From an uncultured Thermoleophilia bacterium (GTDB taxonomy: Bacteria; Actinomycetota; Thermoleophilia; UBA2241), in NCBI GenBank assembly GCA_964393265.1, contig CAYMTC010000001.1, forward strand, positions 1 to 24,811: a stretch of 24,811 bases of DNA. The letters run 5' to 3'. The notes under the pieces were generated by a model that made no database searches, was not told where the DNA came from, and saw only the letters and a program-made list of their open reading frames with translations. The position numbers were made by a program, and so were the translations under genes. Shown in pieces: positions 8,564 through 16,098 of the stretch (position 1 is the stretch's first letter; every line of letters starts with the position of its first letter).

Positions 8564-8646
8564 GAGGAGCTGCCAACGCCCGTCGTCTCCCGTCTGGAGG
8601 AGACTGCGGTCAACCGCGGTGGCATCTTTCTTGCGACGCAGCTCTC
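8564..8646. other. Candidate structured non-coding element (unassigned)
   Basis: Closing stem GAGCTGC (8567-8573) / GCAGCTC (8638-8644) enclosing hairpins GTCTCC/GGAGAC (8585-8604) and GCGG/CCGC (8606-8617); no match by eye to a riboswitch consensus. Confidence 0.3.
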
Positions 8647-8762
8647 ACCCTGGGGGTAGGTCACCCCATGAGCAGCCAGCTGCACTCCTGCGCCGCGCGG
8701 TCGGCTAGTATGGCAGCACACGGTCGCCGACCCTGGGAGGGACGCTGCACATCGAGTCGTTC

Positions 8763-9515
8763 ATGATCACGTTCGTCGTCGTGTGGCTGCTGATCGCGGT
8801 CGGCGTCCTGGTAGCGCTCTTCTTTGTCACGGCACCCTACGGACGCCACGCGCGGCAGGGCTGGGGAGCCACCGTGCCCGAGCATCTGGGCTGGCTCCTC
8901 ATGGAAGCACCGGCCGCGCTGATCTTCGCGTCCTGGTTCGTCCTCTGCCGCCGCTGGGACGACCCCGTGGCCTGGGTCTTCGTGGCCATGTGGGAGCTCC
9001 ACTACGTGTACCGGGCGTTCGTCTACCCGTTCACCCTGCGCAGCATCGGGAAGAGCATGCCCCTCAGCATCGTGGGCATGGCCGTGGTGTTCAACAGCGT
9101 CAACGTCTCGCTCAATGCGTGGTGGGTCTTCTCACCGCACGACGGCTCTGGCTATGGGCTCGCCTGGCTAGATGATCCGCGCTTCGTGGCCGGTACGCTC
9201 CTGTTCCTCGGCGGTCTCGTCGTGAACCGTGCCTCAGATGCGACGCTGCGGCGGCTTCGTCCACCGTCCGGCGGTGGTGGATACGGCATACCCCAGGGAG
9301 GCCTGTACCGCTGGGTCTCCTGTCCCAACTACTTCGGCGAGATCGTCCAGTGGACTGGCTGGGCGATCGCCACGTGGTCGCTGCCAGGCCTGACGTTTGC
9401 CGTCTGGACCGCGGCCAACCTGGTGCCGCGCGCGCACGCCAACCACGAATGGTACCGTCAGCAGTTCCCGGGGTACCCTGCTGAGCGACGCGCTCTCATA
9501 CCGGGCCTGTGGTGA
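8763..9515 (+). CDS. 3-oxo-5-alpha-steroid 4-dehydrogenase (SRD5A / steroid 5-alpha-reductase family)
   Basis: WLLMEAP (catalytic Glu), HYVYRA (Tyr/Arg), YGIPQGGLYRWVSCPNYFGEI, PRAHANHEWY (NADPH-binding). The start may be CTG at 8745 after GGGAGG. Confidence 0.9.
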   Translation: MITFVVVWLLIAVGVLVALFFVTAPYGRHARQGWGATVPEHLGWLLMEAPAALIFASWFVLCRRWDDPVAWVFVAMWELHYVYRAFVYPFTLRSIGKSMPLSIVGMAVVFNSVNVSLNAWWVFSPHDGSGYGLAWLDDPRFVAGTLLFLGGLVVNRASDATLRRLRPPSGGGGYGIPQGGLYRWVSCPNYFGEIVQWTGWAIATWSLPGLTFAVWTAANLVPRAHANHEWYRQQFPGYPAERRALIPGLW

Positions 9516-9530
9516 GTCGAGGAGGCTGGC

Positions 9531-10163
9531 ATCGACCACTTCATTGACGTACTTGTGCACTTCGATACCTACCTCGGCGGTTTCGTCGAGCAAGTAGGCG
9601 CCTGGGCGTATCCCACGATCTTCGCCGTCATCTTTGCCGAGACCGGCCTCGTGATCACGCCGTTCCTCCCCGGGGAGTCGCTGCTTCTCACGTCCGGCAC
9701 CCTCGCCGGTACCGACGCACTCGATATCGTCGTCCTGGCTCCGCTGCTGTTCACCGCCGCCTTACTCGGCGACGTGAGCAACTACCTCATCGGACGGTTC
9801 GTCGGCCACCGGCTGTTCGAGAGGCCGCGCCGGTTCGTGAAGCCAGAGCACTTGGCCAGCGCGCACGAGTTCTACGAGCGCCACGGTGGCCAAGCCATCG
9901 TCTTCGCACGCTTCCTTCCGGTAGTACGCACCCTGGCGCCCTTCGTAGCGGGCATCGCCGGCATGCCGCTCAAGCACTTGTTGGCGTACGCCTCGGTCGC
10001 CAGCGCGGGATGGGTGACGGTGTTCCTGGGCGCCGGCTACTGGTTCGGCAACATCCCTTGGATCAGAGACCACCTCACCGTGGCCCTCGCCGGCGCCGTG
10101 CTGCTGTCAGTGCTGCCCGGCGTGATCGTGTTCCTGCTGCGCAAGCTGCGGACGGAGCGGTAG
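9531..10163 (+). CDS. dedA: DedA/VTT-family membrane protein
   Basis: FAETGLVITPFLPGESLL, GDVSNYLIGR, ARFLPVVRTLAPFVAG. Homology extends upstream of GTG 9555 to an ATC at 9531 preceded by GAGGAGG. Confidence 0.92.
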   Translation: MDHFIDVLVHFDTYLGGFVEQVGAWAYPTIFAVIFAETGLVITPFLPGESLLLTSGTLAGTDALDIVVLAPLLFTAALLGDVSNYLIGRFVGHRLFERPRRFVKPEHLASAHEFYERHGGQAIVFARFLPVVRTLAPFVAGIAGMPLKHLLAYASVASAGWVTVFLGAGYWFGNIPWIRDHLTVALAGAVLLSVLPGVIVFLLRKLRTER

Positions 10164-10235
10164 CGGGACGAGGCATGCCGCCGGTATCCACAGCGGCAGC
10201 GCCCGCCCGAGCGCCCACCATCGAGAGGAGAGCAG

Positions 10236-11372
10236 ATGTCATCAGCCAGTGAACCCCGCAAGGGGACTCGGCAGACCCGCCGACTCAAGGAACTCAAGGG
10301 ACTCCTGCGCACCTTCTCTGAGCTGGAGGGAGTCTCAGGAGCGGAACAGGACGTCGCGCAGGCGCTGAAGGACGTCTGCGCCCCCGTCGCCGACGAGGTG
10401 CGCACCGACGTCCTGGGGAACGTGATCGTCACTCGGCGCGGCCGGGGAGGCGCCGGCAAGCAGCCCGCGCCAGTCCTCATGATCGCGGCCCACATGGATG
10501 AGATCGGCGCCATGGTCAAGTACGTCGATGAGCATGGCTTCCTGCGATTCGTGCCCATCGGGGGCTGGTTCGACCAGACCATCCTCGGCCAGCGTGTCAT
10601 CGTGCACGGTACTCAAGGCCGCATAGTGGGCGTCATCGGCTCCAAACCGCCACACATCATGGACCCAGAAGAGCGCAAGAACACCATCAAGATCAAGGAC
10701 ATGTTCATCGATGTCGGAGCCACCGACGCAGCCGACGCAGCCACTCTCGGCGTCGAGATCGGCAGCCCCGTCACCATGGACCGGTCCCTGCGCGAGATGG
10801 CCCACGACTTCGTCACCGGCAAGGCGCTCGATGACCGCTCCGGCGTCGTCATGATGGTGGCCGCCTTGCAGCGGCTCCGCGACGAGGACATCGTCACGAC
10901 CGTGCATGCAGTCGGCACGGTCCAGGAGGAGGTGGGCCTCAAAGGCGCCCGCACCTCCGCGTTCGGCCTGGACCCGGACGTAGCCCTCGTCAGTGAGACC
11001 ACCATTCCAGGCGACCACCCCGAAGTATCCAAGGAGCAGCGCCACGTGGAGGTAGGCAAGGGCCCCGTGCTCACCGTCGCCGACGCGGACGGCAGGGGCG
11101 TCATCGTGCCGCGCACGGTCTTGAGCTGGCTGCGCGGCGCCGCGGATACCGTTGCCGTTCCCTACCAGCTGGACGTGGGCAGTGGCGGCACCACCGACGC
11201 CACCGCCATCCACCTCACGCGGAGCGGCATCCCGTCAGGTGTGATCAGCATCGCCACGCGCTACCTGCACTCGCCCGTCGAGGTCCTGTCACTGAAGGAC
11301 GTGGACCTGGGCGCCGAGCTCATAGCCCAAGCGGTGCGTACGGCCCACGAGCACTTCTCAGGGCGCAGCTGA
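10236..11372 (+). CDS. M42-family metallo-aminopeptidase (TET/FrvX-like)
   Basis: AAHMDEIG, KALDDR, QEEVGLKGA, GGTTDA and RYLHSPVE metal-binding motifs; SD GAGGAG. Confidence 0.93.
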   Translation: MSSASEPRKGTRQTRRLKELKGLLRTFSELEGVSGAEQDVAQALKDVCAPVADEVRTDVLGNVIVTRRGRGGAGKQPAPVLMIAAHMDEIGAMVKYVDEHGFLRFVPIGGWFDQTILGQRVIVHGTQGRIVGVIGSKPPHIMDPEERKNTIKIKDMFIDVGATDAADAATLGVEIGSPVTMDRSLREMAHDFVTGKALDDRSGVVMMVAALQRLRDEDIVTTVHAVGTVQEEVGLKGARTSAFGLDPDVALVSETTIPGDHPEVSKEQRHVEVGKGPVLTVADADGRGVIVPRTVLSWLRGAADTVAVPYQLDVGSGGTTDATAIHLTRSGIPSGVISIATRYLHSPVEVLSLKDVDLGAELIAQAVRTAHEHFSGRS

Positions 11373-11409
11373 GCAGGCCGCGCTCGGCCGGCCTACGAAC
11401 GGGCGCCGT

Positions 11410-12603
11410 CTAGCCCGCGCTGGACGGGGCGCCAGCGAGGTAGTCGCCCGCAGAGCCGCCTACCACCAAACGGCAGTAGGGCGTAGCGGGCGCGCCCGCC
11501 GGCCGGGCAGACGGGCCCGTGTCGTGGACCGGCACGTCCGTTGGCGTGGCCACCAGGCCCGTACGCTGGGAGAGCGCGTCCGCGGGCGTGACTGGCGTGC
11601 GCGTACGCTGGGCCGGCGCGTCCGCGGAGTCGCTGGGCACGCGCGGTACGACTCGTTCGAGCGTACCGCGGGCAAGTGCGGTCTCGCCATCCCGAAGCTG
11701 TTCGGCGAACCGCCCCCTGAAGGAGACGATGTCGCGCACATGGTCCACGGGCTCGCCTGACAGGAACGACACCGAGTCGATCCCGTAGCGACACGGCGTG
11801 AACAACGCATCGGCAGCGTCGGTCACGCGGGCGCGGATCTCTGCCGGGCCCAGGTTCTCTACCGACTCCGCGCCGAACGCGGCTGCGGCCTCTGACCGGA
11901 GCTTCACGAAGCGCACGAACACCGAACGGTCTTGGTACCGGCACTCGTTCACCTTACGAGCCTGGAGGCGGGCGAACTCGCGGGCGTCTAGAGGCGTCTC
12001 GGAGGAGTGCGCCTCATGGATGACGCCCAGGTGCTCGGGTCGCGGACGTGTGATGGGGCCATCATCCTCATCCAGCAGTCTCCTCAGCGCCGCCGCGACA
12101 GTGCGGCAGTGCTTGTCGCCGTACACCACCACGTCGATGTCCGAGGAGTCGTGGTGCAGCCCCACGAGGATGGACCCGGTGACTCCCAGACACGACAGCG
12201 GGACCTGGGCAGCACGCGCGATCGTCGTGAGGAGACCGAGGGTCGCCCTCTCGAGATGGTCCGCACGACCGTGACGCAGGAGGCCTTCCAGCCGCAGTCG
12301 CGGATCGTGGACGCGACTCACCCGCTCCCAAGGAACGGACTGGACCGTGGCAGCCAGCTCAGCGTCGTACGCGAGGTACAGGTCTCCGTGCGGACGGAGC
12401 AGGGCCTCTTGATCCCGGAAGCCGTACACGCGGCGGAAGCGTGTACCACCGCGCACACGATCACCTGAGGGGTCGGGAAGGTACCGGAGGTAGGCGACGG
12501 TGCGGTGCGGAGGGTGGACGTGGCCCTTCACGGTGAAGACCAGTTGGTCCGCCGTCTCGAGAGCGAAGCCCTCGATAGCCATATCGACACTTGCCTCAGT
12601 CAT
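11410..12603 (-). CDS. Archaeal-type predicted nucleotidyltransferase (COG1665-like); start uncertain (12639, 12603 or 12582)
   Basis: F-x-VKG-x-x-HP...AYLRY N-terminal motif; Pol-beta-type GVTGSILVG...SDIDVVVYG; C-terminal FTPCRY...VSFRGRFAEQ...ARGTLERV. Confidence 0.75.
   Translation of the reverse strand: MTEASVDMAIEGFALETADQLVFTVKGHVHPPHRTVAYLRYLPDPSGDRVRGGTRFRRVYGFRDQEALLRPHGDLYLAYDAELAATVQSVPWERVSRVHDPRLRLEGLLRHGRADHLERATLGLLTTIARAAQVPLSCLGVTGSILVGLHHDSSDIDVVVYGDKHCRTVAAALRRLLDEDDGPITRPRPEHLGVIHEAHSSETPLDAREFARLQARKVNECRYQDRSVFVRFVKLRSEAAAAFGAESVENLGPAEIRARVTDAADALFTPCRYGIDSVSFLSGEPVDHVRDIVSFRGRFAEQLRDGETALARGTLERVVPRVPSDSADAPAQRTRTPVTPADALSQRTGLVATPTDVPVHDTGPSARPAGAPATPYCRLVVGGSAGDYLAGAPSSAG
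11479..11646 (-). repeat. In-frame degenerate 42-bp tandem repeat (4 x 14 aa) inside the nucleotidyltransferase
   Basis: PRVPSDSADAPAQR / TRTPVTPADALSQR / TGLVATPTDVPVHD / TGPSARPAGAPATP; DNA CGTACGCTGGG...GCGCGTCCGCGG recurs at 11560 and 11602 (42-bp period). Confidence 0.75.
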
Positions 12604-12682
12604 GGCCGTGACAGGTTTGTGCCCTTGTCGAAGAGACATGTAAGCTGGGTGAAAGAGTCAGATAACGACAACGGCGGCTACC

Positions 12683-13393
12683 ATGCAGTTGCTGATCAGT
12701 CTGGTCCGCGAGGATGAGATCGAGCCCGCTGTCGCGGGCGGCGCCGACATCATCGACGTCAAGCAGCCTCGTGAAGGGTCTCTGGGCGCGGGCCTGCCGC
12801 ACGTCATTCGGCGCGCACGCGAGCTCACGCCGGCCCACATCCCCGTCAGCGCCGCCATCGGCGACATGCCCAATCTGCCAGGGACCGCCGCGCTGGCCGC
12901 CGCCGGCGCCGCGGACTGTGGCGTGCAGTACGTCAAGGTGGGGCTCATGGGCACGCGCACCGGCGCTGAAGCAGAGGTGTTGCTCAGCGAGGTGTGCCGC
13001 GCCGTGCATGACAAGGCGCCCACAGCCCGCGTCATGGCCACGGCTTACGCCGACGCTCGCTCCGTAGGCTCGCTGCCTCCCAGCGAGCTCCCTCAGGTCG
13101 CCTCCAAGGCGGGTGCGTACGGCTGCATGATCGACACCGCCCGCAAACAGGACGGTACGCTCCTCTCCATCATGCCGACCGCCCAGATAGCTCAGTTCAT
13201 CGCCGCCGCTCGCGAGCTCGGCCTGCTGTGCGCCCTGGCTGGGTCGCTGCATGCCGACGACATGCAGACGATCTGCGAGCTGCAGCCCGACGTCGTGGGC
13301 TTTCGCGGCGCCGCCTGTCGCGGCACCCGCGCGGACGGCACCGTGGACAGCGCGGCCGTCGCCCATCTCAAGCACCTCTGCGCCTGCCACTGA
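12683..13393 (+). CDS. mfnB: (5-formylfuran-3-yl)methyl phosphate synthase (4-HFC-P synthase; Orf22/DUF556)
   Basis: GGADIIDVKQPREGSLGA, VSAAIGD, YVKVGL, MIDTARK and LAGSL motifs. Confidence 0.93.
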   Translation: MQLLISLVREDEIEPAVAGGADIIDVKQPREGSLGAGLPHVIRRARELTPAHIPVSAAIGDMPNLPGTAALAAAGAADCGVQYVKVGLMGTRTGAEAEVLLSEVCRAVHDKAPTARVMATAYADARSVGSLPPSELPQVASKAGAYGCMIDTARKQDGTLLSIMPTAQIAQFIAAARELGLLCALAGSLHADDMQTICELQPDVVGFRGAACRGTRADGTVDSAAVAHLKHLCACH

Positions 13394-14027
13394 GCTCGGC
13401 GTCCCGCGCACTCAGTACCAGCTCCACAAGCTCGTGCGATGGCGCGCCCGCGACGATCCATGCGTCCACGGGCTGCGACTGCAACTGGTGCGCAAGGTAG
13501 GCGTCGATGACCCCCCGCCGCGCAAGACCGACCGCAGAATCTGCGTCCAGGCGCGCCGACGTGAGAGCCCCGCCCCTGGACGACGTCAGCGCGCTAGGGT
13601 GCTTGAGCAGCACCAGCCGCGACCTGGCGAGCGCCGCCACCCATGCTGCGATCGAGTCCGAGGTCACGTCCCAAGAGTGCGGCAGCGGGTCTTCGCGACG
13701 CAGAAGGTCGCCGGGCAGCAGGACTGGCACGCATCCCTTCTCGATGACCTCCTCGGCAGAGGCCAACTCGCGCACCACAGCACCTCGGACGAGGTCTGCC
13801 AACTCCAGACCGAATTGCTCCATGGCCGCCACGGCCATCCAGTGAGCCGCCTCGTCTGAGAAGCCGTCGCGCGCCTGCGCGGAGCGCACGGTGTCCGCGT
13901 ACACACCGCCGCCCGGCACCAGCAGCAGACCCCGCTGACCGCCCAATCGGCCCATCTCGCTGCACAGCGCACCAAGACCCGTGCCGGCGGCGAGGCTGCC
14001 CCCCACCTTGAGCACCATGTCGATCAT
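13368..14027 (-). CDS. mfnE: Amino-acid-kinase-family protein, furan phosphate kinase (Orf21)
   Basis: VLKVGGSL, VPGGGVYADTVR, AHWMAVAAMEQFG, LPHSWDVTSDSIAAWVA; ATG 14027 forms an ATGA overlap with the mfnF stop. Confidence 0.88.
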   Translation of the reverse strand: MIDMVLKVGGSLAAGTGLGALCSEMGRLGGQRGLLLVPGGGVYADTVRSAQARDGFSDEAAHWMAVAAMEQFGLELADLVRGAVVRELASAEEVIEKGCVPVLLPGDLLRREDPLPHSWDVTSDSIAAWVAALARSRLVLLKHPSALTSSRGGALTSARLDADSAVGLARRGVIDAYLAHQLQSQPVDAWIVAGAPSHELVELVLSARDAELSGRRRGA

Positions 14028-15076
14028 GCGTGTCCACCCAGGTCCTGGGCGAGCAGACACGCCACGGCCGCTGCGGGAAGAGCCACGGCCTGCGCCGTCT
14101 GCTCGCTCAGGACGGCGGCGGTCCGCATGTCCAGACGCCGAGCGGCCTCCTCCGCCAGAAAGGCTCCTGCGCCGGCTGGGACGACAGACCTGCTCGCGCC
14201 GTCGGGCAGGCGGGACAGGACCTGGAGCACGCCGTCACCGATGCGGTGCAGCTGACACTCCATGAGGTACCGCGCCATCTGCACGACGTCCGGCTCGGCG
14301 AGCATCTCAAGGTCGGCACAGACCAGCCGGGCCAGGCGGCCAGCCGCCTCACCAGGTGTGGTGCCGCGCCCGTCTGCCGTGGGACAGGTGTAGTCAGCAG
14401 CACTCAGCTTCCCGAGAAGGAGGTAGACGTCGGCCATGAGAGCGAAGTGCTCGGCCGCGACGCGTGTCATGCGTCCGCGCACGGGCACGACATCGGTGAG
14501 GGACTGTGGTTCGCTGCGCAGCACCCCGGTGTAGAGGAGCTCGCCAGAGCCGAGCCTGCCTGTGTCGTCGCGGCCCTCGTTCTGGACTCGGCCACCGCTG
14601 ATGGGGATGATGTCGGTGGTCGTGCTGCCCACATCCACCAGCAGGCAGTCGGGGTGATACTGCGCCACATACAGCGCCGACGCCAGCCAGTTGGTCGCGG
14701 CCAAGTCCAGCGGCCGCGCGCGCGCCACCTCGTTTGAGACGAACTCGCCGTTGATGCTGAGCGCCCGCGCATCTGCGCCGGGGAATGCCTCCCGCACCGC
14801 GTCCAGCACGGTGAGCACACCGTCTCGCTTGCAGGCGAACGCGTCCGAGAGCTCAGCGGTCATCGTCAACGCCATGACGTACGCATCGGCCAGCGCGAAG
14901 CGCTCAGCCACGTCGCGCAGCACGGCGGCCAGCCGTATCGGGTCGCGCCAGATCTCGAACGGCTCTACGGCGACCTGCACGACCTGGGCGGACCCATCCG
15001 TCCACACCACGTGAGCGGCCTTCGTATTGACCCCCCCTATGTCCCAACCCACCACATGGAGCGTGTCTGCTGTCAC
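14024..15076 (-). CDS. mfnF: Hydantoinase/oxoprolinase-like ASKHA protein of the H4MPT/MFR cluster (Orf9)
   Basis: GWDIGGVNTKAA, TMTAELSDAF, AATNWLASA, LVDVGSTTTDIIPI; GTGA overlap with the mfnD stop. Confidence 0.9.
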   Translation of the reverse strand: MTADTLHVVGWDIGGVNTKAAHVVWTDGSAQVVQVAVEPFEIWRDPIRLAAVLRDVAERFALADAYVMALTMTAELSDAFACKRDGVLTVLDAVREAFPGADARALSINGEFVSNEVARARPLDLAATNWLASALYVAQYHPDCLLVDVGSTTTDIIPISGGRVQNEGRDDTGRLGSGELLYTGVLRSEPQSLTDVVPVRGRMTRVAAEHFALMADVYLLLGKLSAADYTCPTADGRGTTPGEAAGRLARLVCADLEMLAEPDVVQMARYLMECQLHRIGDGVLQVLSRLPDGASRSVVPAGAGAFLAEEAARRLDMRTAAVLSEQTAQAVALPAAAVACLLAQDLGGHA

Positions 15077-16098
15077 CAGGGACCCGCCTTCTGGAACGGG
15101 ACGGGGTGCTGCGGCGAAGCGTCAGGCGGCAGCACCCCATCGACACAAGCGCGCCAGAGAGCCTCGCCGAGGTCGATGGACAACGCCTCACGAAGACCGA
15201 TGTAGGAGGTCGTGAGCCGTGGATTGACCTCTATGAGCTGGCATCCAGAGTCACTGACGACCATGTCGACACCTACGTAGCCACGCAGCCCCGGAAGCAG
15301 AGACACCGCCTGCCGGGCAAGTGAGAACGCCTCTTCGCGCCGCTCGTGTGCAATGCCGGCGACGCCGCCAGTGTACTCGCAGGGGATCCCGAAGTGCATG
15401 CGCTGCTCATTCATGCCCAACACCGAGGCTGCTCCATCGGCGACCAGCAGCGACACGCTGGCCGCGGTGCCCGCGACGTACTCCTGGACGAGCAGGTCCT
15501 CCCGCGATGGCTCGCAGACGTGCAGCGCCCGGGTCCACTCCGCAGCGTCTTGCACGAGACACACGCGCTCACACCCGGCGCCGGAGCGCGGTTTCACGAT
15601 GACTGGATAGGCGATCTCCTGAGCGACCGCGAGCACCTTGGGCGGCGCCACCAGTCGGGTAGCAGGTACCGGCAGGCCTGCGGCATGCAGAAGACCGTAC
15701 AACTGCCACTTGTCGGCAGCACGAGCCACAGCTCCCGGGGCACTGCCCAGCACGTGGACACCCGCCGCAGCCAGATCGCGGGTGACGCACTCAAGGACTC
15801 TCCCTCCCTCAGGCGCTATCAGGAGCGCAGCGCCGCAGGAACGGGCGACGTCGATCAGGCCTCCCGGATAGACTTGGGGCGAGAGCGGCACCACGCGGTC
15901 GGCTTGCACAGCTCCCAGGGGCAGCCGTCGGTCACAGGTCGTGACGATTGGCAGCCCGCCCCACGCGCGGAGGTCCTCTACCACTGCGCTCAGCAGCGCG
16001 AGGGCCTCCCCGCCTAGCGGCTGCGGCAGCTCCGGCTCTGGCCAGCCGCCGCCCACGACGTACTCGTGTACCAGCAGAGCCGACGGAGAGAGACGCAT
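15073..16098 (-). CDS. mfnD: ATP-grasp ligase, tyramine--L-glutamate ligase-like
   Basis: LLVHEYVVGGG, LIAPE, DKWQLY, KPRSGAGC, QEYVAGTAASVS, GYVGVD, IEVNPRLTTSYIGLR. Alternative starts 16107 and 16125. Confidence 0.8.
   Translation of the reverse strand: MRLSPSALLVHEYVVGGGWPEPELPQPLGGEALALLSAVVEDLRAWGGLPIVTTCDRRLPLGAVQADRVVPLSPQVYPGGLIDVARSCGAALLIAPEGGRVLECVTRDLAAAGVHVLGSAPGAVARAADKWQLYGLLHAAGLPVPATRLVAPPKVLAVAQEIAYPVIVKPRSGAGCERVCLVQDAAEWTRALHVCEPSREDLLVQEYVAGTAASVSLLVADGAASVLGMNEQRMHFGIPCEYTGGVAGIAHERREEAFSLARQAVSLLPGLRGYVGVDMVVSDSGCQLIEVNPRLTTSYIGLREALSIDLGEALWRACVDGVLPPDASPQHPVPFQKAGPW

Noticed and set aside
8564-8646. Moco-riboswitch-like CTCCCGT..TGGA..GGAG and T-box-like GGTGGCATC
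   Set aside because: Lacks the GGAAAG tetraloop and upstream Moco stems; the T-box needs UGGNACC plus Stem I. Kept only as an unassigned structure.
11373-12700. Genomic-island boundary for the C1 cluster
   Set aside because: No tRNA, integrase, IS or direct repeat is visible, and a composition shift cannot be judged by eye; a codon-usage or tetranucleotide scan would be needed.
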